A DNA stretch of 64,000 bases from a bacterium (lineage in GTDB: Bacteria; Patescibacteriota; Microgenomatia; UBA1400; UBA12108): NCBI GenBank assembly GCA_021788365.1, contig JAJYKS010000001.1, positions 137,962 to 201,961 of the forward strand, written 5' to 3'. The notes beneath the pieces were generated by a model. That model did no database searches. It was not told the origin of the DNA and was given only the letters and a program-made list of their open reading frames with translations. Below are positions 9,468-19,191 of the stretch, in pieces. The first letter of the stretch is position 1; each line of letters opens with the position of its first letter. The position numbers and the translations under genes are program-made.

Positions 9468-9968
9468 ATGGTAGCAAATAAAGCAGTTACGTATGTTTTG
9501 GTAGGAGTCGTTGCGGCCGGAGCGGGGTTTGGCGGGGGATATCTCTTCCGCAATTACCAGCTTGGACAGACCCGTACCCAGTTTGCTCGACAGTTTGGCG
9601 CAGGTGCCGGATCGGCCGGCGGTAGATTTTTGACAAATGGAACCGGTACTCCACGAGCTTCTGGTGGACAAGTCCTACGCATGGGAGGCAGGCCTGTCTC
9701 CGGCGACATAATTGCCGCGGACGCAAACTCCATCACGGTGAAAATGCCTGACGGCAGCAGCCGCATTGTACTCCTCTCCCCCTCGACACAGATCACCACA
9801 GCAACGGACGTGACCCGCGACAAACTCGCGACAGGGGTACGGGTGACGGTATTTGGGACCGACAACTCCGACGGCAGCGTTTCGGCTACCTCGGTACAGC
9901 TGGCTTCTCCTTCGACAAGCTCAGGACCTTCGGCTGCTGCGTCCATCTCGCCAGCGCCTACCCAGTAA
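9468..9968 (+). CDS. Hypothetical membrane-anchored/secreted protein
   Basis: AGGAGG RBS; N-terminal hydrophobic segment, Gly/Ser-rich; no recognisable catalytic motif. Confidence 0.45.
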   Translation: MVANKAVTYVLVGVVAAGAGFGGGYLFRNYQLGQTRTQFARQFGAGAGSAGGRFLTNGTGTPRASGGQVLRMGGRPVSGDIIAADANSITVKMPDGSSRIVLLSPSTQITTATDVTRDKLATGVRVTVFGTDNSDGSVSATSVQLASPSTSSGPSAAASISPAPTQ

Positions 9969-9995
9969 CGCCCGGCGCGTATACAATGAGGGAGC

Positions 9996-10799
9996 ATGGC
10001 AACCGATCATATTTTGACAGTCACCAATTTGACGAAGCGGTTCGGTACCTTTACCGCGGTTGATTCCGTGTCGTTTGCCGTCAAACGCGGAGAGATCTTT
10101 GCGTTCCTGGGTCCGAACGGCGCGGGGAAAAGTACGACCATCAAAATGGTGACGACGCTGCTCTCGCCCACATCCGGTGCTATCATATTAAACGGTCACG
10201 AGGCGGCGCATCATAAAGACGCCGTACGTAAATCTCTCGGCATAGTCTTCCAAGACCCAAGTCTGGACGACGACCTCACGGCCCAAGAAAATCTGGAGCT
10301 CCACGCCGCACTCTACCATACCCCGGTAAAAGAGCGAGCGGCACGGATTGAAAATCTCATGACATTTGTGGAGCTGTGGGACCGCAGGAACAGCCTGGTC
10401 AAGACTTTCTCGGGCGGTATGAAGCGACGACTGGAGATAGCCCGCGGCCTCCTTCACCACCCCCATATTCTGTTTCTCGATGAGCCGACCATCGGCCTCG
10501 ACCCCCAGACCCGCAACCACTTGTGGAGCTATATCAAAAAAGTGAACCGCGACGAGGGAATGACGGTGTTTCTCACCACTCATTATATGGAAGAGGCGGA
10601 GCGGGTAGCGGACCGTATCGCCGTCATCGACCACGGGAAGATTATCGCCGAAGGAACAGCCGGGTCCTTGAAAAAACAAACGAAGCAAACCAATTTGGAA
10701 GATGCGTTTCTGGCCCTCACTGGTCACGCTATACGTGACGAAGAAGCAACCGGCCTCGACCATATGCGAGCTCGACACCAGATGTGGAGGAGGCACTAA
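9996..10799 (+). CDS. ABC transporter ATP-binding protein (ABC-2 / DrrA-like)
   Basis: Walker A GPNGAGKST, signature FSGGMKRRLEIARGL, Walker B LFLDEPTIGLD. Confidence 0.9.
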   Translation: MATDHILTVTNLTKRFGTFTAVDSVSFAVKRGEIFAFLGPNGAGKSTTIKMVTTLLSPTSGAIILNGHEAAHHKDAVRKSLGIVFQDPSLDDDLTAQENLELHAALYHTPVKERAARIENLMTFVELWDRRNSLVKTFSGGMKRRLEIARGLLHHPHILFLDEPTIGLDPQTRNHLWSYIKKVNRDEGMTVFLTTHYMEEAERVADRIAVIDHGKIIAEGTAGSLKKQTKQTNLEDAFLALTGHAIRDEEATGLDHMRARHQMWRRH

Positions 10800-10801
10800 C
10801 T

Positions 10802-11554
10802 ATGGACTTTAGCACCATTTACATACTCTGGAAGCGGCAACTTATTAAGTATTTCCGTTCGCGGAGCCGTATTGTTGGTTCACTCGGCCAGCCCATCCTT
10901 TTTCTTGTGGCGTTTGGGTTTGGATTTGGCGGTGTATATCAGCGTGCGGGGGGCGGCAGCTATATGGAGTTTCTCGCTCCTGGGATTATTCTCATGAGCG
11001 TGCTCTTTACCGCCGTGTTTTCTGGGATAGACCTTATCTGGGACCGACAATTCGGATTCCTTAAAGAAACGATGGTGGCGCCTGTCCCGCGTTTGTCTAT
11101 TATGCTTGGTAAGACATTAGGTGGGGCGACGGTCGCGGTAATTCAAGGCCTCATCGTATTTTTGCTTACGTTTCTCTTTGGGTTTCATATAGCAAGTGCT
11201 CCCCTTCTCCTTGTTGCATTCTTTGCCGTTGTGCTCGTCGCTATCTTATTTACTTCCTTGGGTGTTGCCATTGCCTCTACGCTCGAGGATATGCAGGGAT
11301 TTCAACTCATCATGAATTTTCTTGTCATGCCTACCGTATTTTTGTCGGGGGCATTCTTTCCCCTCCAGGGACTGCCGACCCTCATGGAGTATGTCGTCAA
11401 AATAGACCCACTGACCTATGGGGTGGACGCTGTGCGTGGAGCGCTTATTGGTATCTCTTCTTTTGGTATGGCGCTCGACTTTGCTATCCTGATTGGGCTT
11501 TCTGTTGCTATGCTGGCTATTGGCAGCTACCTCTTCGAGAAAGTTCAAATTTAG
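10802..11554 (+). CDS. ABC-2 type transporter permease
   Basis: Six predicted TM helices. ATG 10802 directly follows GGAGGAGG RBS and the stop of the ATPase gene; the ORF-track start 10784 overlaps the upstream gene. Confidence 0.8.
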   Translation: MDFSTIYILWKRQLIKYFRSRSRIVGSLGQPILFLVAFGFGFGGVYQRAGGGSYMEFLAPGIILMSVLFTAVFSGIDLIWDRQFGFLKETMVAPVPRLSIMLGKTLGGATVAVIQGLIVFLLTFLFGFHIASAPLLLVAFFAVVLVAILFTSLGVAIASTLEDMQGFQLIMNFLVMPTVFLSGAFFPLQGLPTLMEYVVKIDPLTYGVDAVRGALIGISSFGMALDFAILIGLSVAMLAIGSYLFEKVQI

Positions 11555-11600
11555 CCGTATTCAGCACAGATTCAGCAATAGTATCGTATACTAAAAACGC

Positions 11601-12134
11601 ATGAAAAAGTACGCACAGTTCACTCTCGTTATAGTCGCGTTCTTCCTACTCGTGTGGATACGACAAGGTGAAAGTAACTCCGAACACACGGTGGCCCTAT
11701 CACCACAACAGGCGTCGCTCGTTGCAAGTGCGCCGCCGGGAAACGCCATCGCGAGTCCAGCCGCACCTCCCCCCTCAAATCCCACCCCAACACCAACGCC
11801 AACTGCCGCAGCCCAAACCACTACCCCCACTCCCACTCCTGCACCAAAGGGACAATATCGAGATGGTACCTACACCGGTAGTGTGGCAGATGCATTTTAT
11901 GGCAACATGCAGGTACAGGCGGTTATCTCTGGCGGGCGCCTCACCGCCGTCAATATCCTCCAATACCCGAACGATAACGGTACGTCACGCTCCATCAACA
12001 GCCAGGCTATCCCCATCCTCCAGTCCGAAGCGCTCCAAGCGCAAAGCGCTAATATCGATATGGTGTCCGGCGCCTCGGCCAGCTCTCCCGCCTTTCAGCA
12101 ATCGCTCCAATCTGCTTTGTCACAGGCAAGTTAA
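11601..12134 (+). CDS. Secreted FMN-binding domain protein
   Basis: Signal/anchor (LVIVAFFLLVW), Pro/Thr-rich linker, then FMN_bind-like domain containing the ApbE flavinylation motif DMVSGAS near the C-terminus. Confidence 0.65.
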   Translation: MKKYAQFTLVIVAFFLLVWIRQGESNSEHTVALSPQQASLVASAPPGNAIASPAAPPPSNPTPTPTPTAAAQTTTPTPTPAPKGQYRDGTYTGSVADAFYGNMQVQAVISGGRLTAVNILQYPNDNGTSRSINSQAIPILQSEALQAQSANIDMVSGASASSPAFQQSLQSALSQAS

Positions 12135-12137
12135 TGT

Positions 12138-12884
12138 ATGCGTATGACACGAACGACAATGGCAATGCCCGCCGCCGTCACCGCCCTTGACGCCCACGCG
12201 TCGGCGGATGATCTTGGGCGCGTATTCCACTTGTTTGACGAAGTTGACCAGAAATTCAGCGTTTTTCGTGACGAGAGTCCGGTTTCAAAGTACCGGCGGG
12301 GGGAGCGCACCCGCGACAGCTTCGACGAGGAAGAGCGCCATGTGTGGGACCTTTGCGAACAGACAAAACGGGAGACCGATGGATACTTTGACGCGTTTTA
12401 TGGCGGGACGTACGACCCCACCGGGCTCGTCAAGGGATATGCCATACGGCGTGGGGCCGAGCTTTTGCGCTCTCTCGGATATCGACAATTTCTCATAGAG
12501 ATCGCAGGGGATGGGGAGGCCGGGGAGAAATCGCGCGGCACCGGGTGGAAAGTCGGCATATCTAATCCCTTTAACACCCGCGAAATCGTAAAAGTCGTAC
12601 AGCTCTCCAACTGCGGCATTGCCACTTCCGGTATCGCCGAGCACCTGGATCACATTGTCGATCCGCACACCCATCAGCCTGCCCACGAACTGGCAAGTAT
12701 TACCGTCATCGCGCAAGACGCCGAGGAGGCAGACCGCTTTGCCACGGCGGCCTTCTCGATGGGCACAGCGGGACTCGCGTTTGTGGAGCAGCACACCCAC
12801 TGCGCGGCATACGCCGTGACGGCCGACCGGCGCGGGGTTGCGACTACACGATTTAAGAGTTACGAGGTAGCCAGTAACCTATGA
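12138..12884 (+). CDS. ApbE-family FAD:protein FMN transferase
   Basis: YDPTGLVKGYA, ATSGIAEHLDHIVDPHT motifs typical of ApbE. Shorter than typical ApbE at the N-terminus. Confidence 0.7.
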   Translation: MRMTRTTMAMPAAVTALDAHASADDLGRVFHLFDEVDQKFSVFRDESPVSKYRRGERTRDSFDEEERHVWDLCEQTKRETDGYFDAFYGGTYDPTGLVKGYAIRRGAELLRSLGYRQFLIEIAGDGEAGEKSRGTGWKVGISNPFNTREIVKVVQLSNCGIATSGIAEHLDHIVDPHTHQPAHELASITVIAQDAEEADRFATAAFSMGTAGLAFVEQHTHCAAYAVTADRRGVATTRFKSYEVASNL

Positions 12885-14413
12885 TGCAGATAATTGATCG
12901 CTTCCTCGATCGCACCACCATGTACCGTCTGACGGTCTACTACCTGGTCGCACTCCTCGGTATTGCCACGATATTTTCTGCTGGACACATTCTCACGTTC
13001 AACCCTTTAGACATTGCCATTTCTGTCACTGCCGCCCTAGCGACATGCCTCATCGGCAACGAGATCGCTGCAGCCGTATTTGGCGCGACCGCCAACACGG
13101 AGAGTAGCACCATCACCGCGCTCATTATGGCGCTTCTTATCCCGCCCACCTATCCCATGAATATCGTGGCAGTCGTGCTTGCCTCCGGGGCCGCGATCGC
13201 CTCCAAGTATCTTTTGACAGTGGAAAAACATCATGTGTTCAACCCGGTGGCAGCGGGAGCGGTGGCCCTCGCTCTCCTTACCCCATTCTCGGTGACTTGG
13301 TGGGTTGGTAGCCCGTGGATGCTGCCCTTTGTGGCACTGGGCGGGTGGGCAATCGTCCGTAAGACTCAGCGGGAGGATATGGTGGCGACGTTCCTCGTCA
13401 CTTTTTTCGCGATCACCACACTTTCGGTACTCTTTACCCGCCCCAGTTTCTCTAGCCTCACGACGGCGTGGATTGTCGGCTTTGTTCACTCCGCGCTCAT
13501 CTTTTTTGCTACCGTCATGTTTACCGAACCCTTAACCTCGCCGGGAACAAAGGCTGGACGCCGGTGGTTTGCCGTGGCAACTGCGCTTTTGTATGCGACA
13601 CCGCAAGTACCGCTGTTTGGCCAGGTATTTACCCCGGAGATGGCGCTTGTACTCGCCAACTTCGGCGCCTTTCTTTTGTGGCCGCATTACCGCTATACCT
13701 TGACCTTGGCTGCTAAAAAAATACTTGCTAAAGATGTATACGAATTCTCTTTTTACCTCCCGGAAGAAAAGATCACCTACCGCCCCGGTCAGTTTATGGA
13801 ATGGACGTTACCCCACAGCTCTGTCGATAATCGAGGTAATCGCCGCTATTTTAGTCTATCCTCTGCCCCCACAGAAAAAACCGTGAGCTTTGCGATAAAG
13901 TATTACGACCCGCCATCTAGCTACAAGCGGACACTCGTAGCAATGGAGCCTGGCGGTAGTATTATCGCAACTGATGTGGCGGGCGACTTTACCCTCCCCA
14001 AAAAATTGTCCCAGCCACTGGTTTTTGTTGCTGGCGGGATCGGGGTAGCACCGTTTCGGAGTATGCTCAAGGCGATTGTCGATCGTGGAGAGCGCGCCAA
14101 TCTCACCATCTTATATGTTAACCGCCACGCCGATGAAATTGCGTACAACGACCTTTTTATTCGCGCTGCTGGACTTGGGGTAAAGACGTACTACATTTTG
14201 ACCGATGCCAAGTCCCTTCCCCCCGGATGGAAGGGAGGGGTGGGACACGTTGACGCTAAGATGATTGCGCAGCTCGTCCCAGATTACCAGCGAGCTAGTT
14301 TTTATCTTTCTGGCCCTCAGCCGATGGTGGAGGCGGCTGCCTCGGCGCTTGCCAACCTATCAGTCCCTGACAAGCAGATCGTTACCGACTTTTTCCCCGG
14401 CTATGCCACTTGA
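12881..14413 (+). CDS. Membrane oxidoreductase: RnfD/NqrB-like polytopic domain fused to ferredoxin-NADP reductase-like FAD/NAD(P)-binding domain
   Basis: N-terminal roughly 270 aa with about 8 TM helices and FNPLD / FNPVAAG motifs; C-terminal RRYFSLSS (RxYS FAD-binding) and GGIGVAPF (NAD(P)-binding) motifs. Confidence 0.7.
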   Translation: MMQIIDRFLDRTTMYRLTVYYLVALLGIATIFSAGHILTFNPLDIAISVTAALATCLIGNEIAAAVFGATANTESSTITALIMALLIPPTYPMNIVAVVLASGAAIASKYLLTVEKHHVFNPVAAGAVALALLTPFSVTWWVGSPWMLPFVALGGWAIVRKTQREDMVATFLVTFFAITTLSVLFTRPSFSSLTTAWIVGFVHSALIFFATVMFTEPLTSPGTKAGRRWFAVATALLYATPQVPLFGQVFTPEMALVLANFGAFLLWPHYRYTLTLAAKKILAKDVYEFSFYLPEEKITYRPGQFMEWTLPHSSVDNRGNRRYFSLSSAPTEKTVSFAIKYYDPPSSYKRTLVAMEPGGSIIATDVAGDFTLPKKLSQPLVFVAGGIGVAPFRSMLKAIVDRGERANLTILYVNRHADEIAYNDLFIRAAGLGVKTYYILTDAKSLPPGWKGGVGHVDAKMIAQLVPDYQRASFYLSGPQPMVEAAASALANLSVPDKQIVTDFFPGYAT

Positions 14414-14462
14414 GATGTGATACACTCATACACGTATTGTCATTAGTTTAAGGAGGAGAGAT

Positions 14463-15077
14463 ATGGACTATAGCAAAGTTGCAAAAAAAGATGTCGTCGA
14501 ACATGTTATTGCAGAGCTTGCAAAGCGCAACATTGACGCGATATATGTACCTGATCGCGTTGCGGCAAAGGAAAAGGTATTGTCACTTATACCTAGCGGC
14601 GCCGAAGTTTTTACCATGAGCTCCATTACCCTTAAAGAAACCGGGATCGCCGACGCCATAAACAATTCTTCTGACTATGTGTCGGTGCGAAACAAACTGA
14701 ACGCCATGAACCGTGAGACTCAGAGCAGGGAGATGCAAGTCCTTGGCGCTGCGCCGCAGGTTGCTGTGGGGTCGGTTCATGCCGTGACCGAGGATGGAGA
14801 TATATATATAGCGAGCAACACGGGTAGTCAGCTCCCGGCGTACGCGTACGGGGCAGATCGCGTTATCTGGGTCGTGGGCACACAAAAGATCGTCCTCGAC
14901 GGGAAGGCCGCACTCGACCGCCTGGATACTTATATCCTCCCCAAGGAGTCGGTGCGTTTGTCGGAGCAGTACCACGCGCAGCTGACGTCCAATGTCAGCA
15001 AGCTACTCATTGTTCATAAGGAATTTACCCCAGGGCGGGTGACGGTTGTCTTTGTCGGTGAGCAGCTCGGATTCTAA
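14463..15077 (+). CDS. LUD-domain (LutC/YkgG-like) protein
   Basis: 204 aa with LUD-domain-like layout; AGGAGG RBS upstream. Confidence 0.55.
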   Translation: MDYSKVAKKDVVEHVIAELAKRNIDAIYVPDRVAAKEKVLSLIPSGAEVFTMSSITLKETGIADAINNSSDYVSVRNKLNAMNRETQSREMQVLGAAPQVAVGSVHAVTEDGDIYIASNTGSQLPAYAYGADRVIWVVGTQKIVLDGKAALDRLDTYILPKESVRLSEQYHAQLTSNVSKLLIVHKEFTPGRVTVVFVGEQLGF

Positions 15078-15152
15078 TCATTCCCCCCTTAATCTTCTCT
15101 TAATGCACAGTGGCGTATAGATATTATTGTTATTTCATTACAAGGAGGATCT

Positions 15153-15581
15153 ATGCGAGACTCTATCATTAGTAAAGTCATAGCTGGTGTTTTGACCACC
15201 GCGTCCATCGCGACCAGCGTGGGGGCAGGTTACAAAGTATTTGCAGAGCACAATAGCGCTCCAGCACCGGTTCCGACTATTGCCGAATCGTCACCTTTAC
15301 CAACGTCTTCCCCGGAAGTACTTGGGACAGAGATAAAGGCGTCTGAAAAGACCGAGGCTACTGCGACACCTACACCAAGTGCGAGTGCGAGCCCCACCCC
15401 TAGCGCATCGCCGAGCGTAAGTCCGCTCCCCTCATTTTCTCCTATGCCGTCGTTTACCCCAGGTAAGTTCGACGATTCCTCGGACGACAGCGTGGAGATT
15501 GAAGATCAGCACGTGCACGTCGGAGTCAACGCTTCGACAACTACCTCGGTTTCACCCACCCCTGAAGCAGGTGATAACTAA
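15153..15581 (+). CDS. Hypothetical secreted Pro/Ser/Thr-rich protein
   Basis: N-terminal hydrophobic segment; low-complexity PTPSASASPTPSASPS repeats; AGGAGG RBS. Confidence 0.4.
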   Translation: MRDSIISKVIAGVLTTASIATSVGAGYKVFAEHNSAPAPVPTIAESSPLPTSSPEVLGTEIKASEKTEATATPTPSASASPTPSASPSVSPLPSFSPMPSFTPGKFDDSSDDSVEIEDQHVHVGVNASTTTSVSPTPEAGDN

Positions 15582-15606
15582 GCTAGCCATCACTAAAGCC
15601 GAGTAT

Positions 15607-15633
15607 CAGAGGCTGCGCATTCCGCAGCCTCTG
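15607..15633 (+). terminator. Candidate stem-loop terminator
   Basis: 11-bp perfect stem CAGAGGCTGCG/CGCAGCCTCTG with CATTC loop; weak T-tract (TTCC); immediately followed by TATAAT (15641-15646) 8 nt before the RR start. Confidence 0.4.
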
Positions 15634-15654
15634 TTCCGGATATAATAGCGCTAT

Positions 15655-16335
15655 ATGCGAATATTGCTTGTTGAGGATGACCTTGTTATTTCCAAAAATA
15701 TTGTAATTCTCCTTAAACGTGAGTCCTATGCTGTGGACACCGCGAACTCTATTGAGCAGGCACGCGAGCACATCGAGTCTGAGACATATGACTGCATTAT
15801 TCTTGACCGCCGGTTACCAGATGGTGACGGAGTAGCGCTCATACCCACTATTCGGACTGAGCATCCCACAACTCTTACGATATTGCTTACTGCCAGAGCT
15901 CAGACGAGTGACGTGGTGGCCGGTCTTAACGCGGGTGCCGACGACTATATTGCGAAACCATTTGTCCCGGCAACACTTCTTGCGCGACTTCGCGCACTAC
16001 TGCGCCGAGCGAGACGAGTACCTGTTACCCCTATCATCGCGATTGCTGACCTCATTATAGACACCAATACTCACCACGTTACGCGTGCGGGGCGTACCAT
16101 AGAACTTTCACCCCGCGAATACGCGATACTCGACTACCTCGCGCGGCATCCATGCCAAGCCATCGATCGCATGACTATACTCACCCATGCGTGGGACGAG
16201 CGAGTCGACCTTTTTTCCAACACCGTGGATGTCCATATTCGTTATCTGCGACGCAAAATTGATGAGGGACAGCAACTCCCCCTCATTCATACTGTTCGCG
16301 GTAAAGGCTACATGCTATGCGACCGCGCAGTATAG
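15655..16335 (+). CDS. OmpR/PhoB-family response regulator
   Basis: Receiver (ILLVEDD, DCIILDRRLPDGDG) plus winged-helix output (TVRGKGY). Confidence 0.9.
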   Translation: MRILLVEDDLVISKNIVILLKRESYAVDTANSIEQAREHIESETYDCIILDRRLPDGDGVALIPTIRTEHPTTLTILLTARAQTSDVVAGLNAGADDYIAKPFVPATLLARLRALLRRARRVPVTPIIAIADLIIDTNTHHVTRAGRTIELSPREYAILDYLARHPCQAIDRMTILTHAWDERVDLFSNTVDVHIRYLRRKIDEGQQLPLIHTVRGKGYMLCDRAV

Positions 16336-17693
16336 CGACAAAATTTACTCTGCTCGTGACGATACTTGTCACGGTGATTGTACTTGCGGCGTCGGCGGGT
16401 GTCGGGGTAATGGTTTATTTCCAAACTGAGCGAGAAATACAGCGACAACTATCTACCGAGGCGACAACTATTGTCGAGCAATATCTCCAGGTATCGAAGG
16501 GCTCCGTACAACTTTCGTCGACGGTTAGTGGCGAGGCCCTGGCATCAGCGTTGCGGACGCTTGATCTTTCTTTGTATATCGAGAATACACAAGGTGCGGT
16601 ACTTGCCACGTACGGTACATACCGTGATATTACTCCCGAGGAGCAGGCGCAGTTTATCCAGACATCGCCTATGGAAAATGGTATGTATCGGGATATTTCT
16701 TTGCGAGGTAACCGCTACGATACATACACGATTCCCCTGCGTTCAAGCGAGGGAACGGTTGGTTATATGCAAATTTCCCGACTAAACAATGTACTACCAC
16801 TCATTACCCGAACGCTCGGATCGACACTCCTCTTTATCTTACCGCTTGTTTGGATTGTCGCAGCAGCCACAACTCGCATGCTTTCTGCGGCAATACTTGA
16901 TCCGCTATCGCGACTCGTTGCTTTTATGGATCAGATAGAAGTTGAGCATGTATCTTCTCATACCCTTACGCTTCCCCCATTTGCCGACCGTGAAGTACGT
17001 GTACTTGTTATAGCTTTTAACGCACTCCTTACGCGGGTGCACGAGACTATTACGCGGGAACGGGAAGCTGCTGAAAATATTTCACACGAACTGAAAACTC
17101 CTTTAACCCGCATAGCGAGTAGTCTTGGAGTTGCCGCACAAGGTGCCCCACCTGCAACAGCTCGTGCGATACGAGCGGTAACTCGTGATATCGTTCAGCT
17201 TGGCTCACAAGCCGATGCAATCCTAGATCTAGCCATTACCCATCCCTCCACTACCCAGATGAGCTGCCTCCTTTCGCCTGTTATTGCAGAACTTTCTATC
17301 TCTATCCCACCTGACATCACGTACCACGCTCACCTATCAAAAAATTTTCGTATCCCTATGACGTCAGAGCATGCTCGAGTTGTGTGGCAAAACATTTTTG
17401 AAAATGCCATAAAGTACAACCATCATGGTGGAACACTCACTATTACTGCCAAGGTGAGCGGATCGGGATGGAGTGTGACCACCACCAACACCACACAGGA
17501 GCGGGATGGGGAGGATGGGACTGTGTTTGACCGTTGGTGGCGCGGCGCTTCTTCCTCAGTCCGCGGACGTGGGATTGGGATGGCTCTCATCCGTGACATC
17601 TGCCATATCTATCACCTAACAGCAACGTTTTCCATAAAAAACGGCATTGCCACGACCGTTGTGGCGGGACCATCGTTGCAACCAAGTTCATAG
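16317..17693 (+). CDS. Sensor histidine kinase
   Basis: TM sensor region; H-box SHELKTPLTRIASS; ATPase G-box GRGIGMALI. 19-bp overlap with the RR gene. Confidence 0.85.
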   Translation: MRPRSIATKFTLLVTILVTVIVLAASAGVGVMVYFQTEREIQRQLSTEATTIVEQYLQVSKGSVQLSSTVSGEALASALRTLDLSLYIENTQGAVLATYGTYRDITPEEQAQFIQTSPMENGMYRDISLRGNRYDTYTIPLRSSEGTVGYMQISRLNNVLPLITRTLGSTLLFILPLVWIVAAATTRMLSAAILDPLSRLVAFMDQIEVEHVSSHTLTLPPFADREVRVLVIAFNALLTRVHETITREREAAENISHELKTPLTRIASSLGVAAQGAPPATARAIRAVTRDIVQLGSQADAILDLAITHPSTTQMSCLLSPVIAELSISIPPDITYHAHLSKNFRIPMTSEHARVVWQNIFENAIKYNHHGGTLTITAKVSGSGWSVTTTNTTQERDGEDGTVFDRWWRGASSSVRGRGIGMALIRDICHIYHLTATFSIKNGIATTVVAGPSLQPSS

Positions 17694-17736
17694 TGTGATT
17701 TGATTGGTGCATACTAGTATTTATGGAGGGGAATAT

Positions 17737-17937
17737 ATGATTTTTCGTATGCGGAGTGTGGAGAAGTATTTTAGCAAGCATGTCATGGCAAATAGCGCGG
17801 CACATCTTTTCTTGGGCGTAGGCTTGGGACTTTTGGCCGCGCGGCCACTCGCCGCAACACACCCGGTACGCTGGGCACTGGTCTTTATTGCGGTTGGCCT
17901 CGGTGTACACATTATGGCAATGACTGAGAAAAAGTAA
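17737..17937 (+). CDS. Small hydrophobic protein (hypothetical)
   Basis: GGAGGGG RBS 7 nt upstream of ATG 17737; two predicted TM segments; the track ORF begins at TTG 17704. Confidence 0.3.
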   Translation: MIFRMRSVEKYFSKHVMANSAAHLFLGVGLGLLAARPLAATHPVRWALVFIAVGLGVHIMAMTEKK

Positions 17938-17952
17938 TCTATAATTGAGTTT

Positions 17953-19191
17953 GTGCGAGCTGTATTTGCTGTTTTTGTTGCTGCTACTACTTTTGTTTTC
18001 GGGCTTGCTGCCGGTTATTTTTTTGTTGTGCGACTTTTGCCAGACACCTCATTTATGCCTGACCATCCGCTCTACCGAACGTTTGGTGTGGTAAAGCCGA
18101 AGGTAGTCGGATTCCTACCCTACTTTCTTATGAGCAAAGCTACTCACGACTACCACCCCTACCTCACCGATCTCACCTATTTTGGCCTAGCGCTTCAGCC
18201 AGATGGTAGTGTACAGAAGCTGGTCAACCCCCACGAGCAAGAGCCTGGATACACTGCACTTACCGGCGGAAAGTGGACCACATTTGCTGCACCGTATGCG
18301 GATGCCGGAGTTGGTACCTCCCTCCTTGTTCATACCGGAGACGAAGACACCATTGCGACCCTTGTCGCAAACCCAGCATCGTCGGCAGCAACGCTCGTCT
18401 CATCGGTGCTTCCCGCTATGAAAACATACAACTTCCGCGACCTTAATCTCGACATTGAGAGTTTCCGCACGGCAAGTGACTCCGCGCGAGCAAACTTTAC
18501 CACGTTTCTTGCGACTGTCGCCTCTGCCATGCACACGGCTGGATATACCGTGACGGTCGAACTTTCTCCCTCTGCATTCACCAAATCGTACCTTACCGAT
18601 CCTGTCGCTGTTGGTCGGTATGCAGACTACGCTCTCGTTATGGGTTATGACTACCATTACACCGGAAGTTATGTGACCGGGCCAATCGCACCCGTCCACG
18701 GCGTGCCAAGTGTGCGCGAAAATGATGTTGCGACTACTATTGCTGCAGCCACCGCTGCCATACCCCCCGAGAAGATCATCTTGGGTATCCCTCTCTATGG
18801 TTACCAGTGGGAGACCCTTACTGCTACCCCTGCGGCTGGTGTGATCCCTGGCTCCGGTGTTGCTGCTTCTGCCGCCAGAGTTGCATCGTTATCTGCTACG
18901 TGTACGACGTGTACGGTGACCCGAGACCCAATAGCTGACGAGCGTATCATCATCAAGCCCGACCCTACAACTGGCAGTATCTACCAATTCTTCGTACCCG
19001 ACCAAGCTGCACTCACCAGCAAGCTGTCGCTTGCCACAGAGTATCACCTCGCCGGCATTGCTTTGTGGGCACTCGGTTACGAAGATGAGTCTCTTTTGTC
19101 ACCACTCTCTGCCTATCGCGCGTCTGCCCGCCTCATCCCATCATTCACTTTCCCCACAACCGTGACGAACGTGATGTCCCATATACGGTAA
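17953..19191 (+). CDS. Glycoside hydrolase family 18-like domain protein (membrane-anchored)
   Basis: N-terminal TM; DLNLDIE (degenerate DxxDxDxE catalytic region), MGYDYHY and WALGYED motifs consistent with GH18 TIM-barrel. Confidence 0.55.
   Translation: MRAVFAVFVAATTFVFGLAAGYFFVVRLLPDTSFMPDHPLYRTFGVVKPKVVGFLPYFLMSKATHDYHPYLTDLTYFGLALQPDGSVQKLVNPHEQEPGYTALTGGKWTTFAAPYADAGVGTSLLVHTGDEDTIATLVANPASSAATLVSSVLPAMKTYNFRDLNLDIESFRTASDSARANFTTFLATVASAMHTAGYTVTVELSPSAFTKSYLTDPVAVGRYADYALVMGYDYHYTGSYVTGPIAPVHGVPSVRENDVATTIAAATAAIPPEKIILGIPLYGYQWETLTATPAAGVIPGSGVAASAARVASLSATCTTCTVTRDPIADERIIIKPDPTTGSIYQFFVPDQAALTSKLSLATEYHLAGIALWALGYEDESLLSPLSAYRASARLIPSFTFPTTVTNVMSHIR

Noticed and set aside
12285-13489. 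Minus-strand ORFs 12285..12800 and 13037..13489 within ApbE and the membrane oxidoreductase
   Set aside because: Antisense to motif-bearing genes. Their Arg/His-rich translations are typical of spurious GC-rich frames.
19145-19191. 47-bp convergent overlap between the GH18 gene and the 19145..19792 ORF as a possible frameshift or fusion
   Set aside because: Both ORFs have independent hydrophobic N-termini and plausible stops. Short convergent overlaps occur naturally, and there is no evidence of a disrupted single gene.
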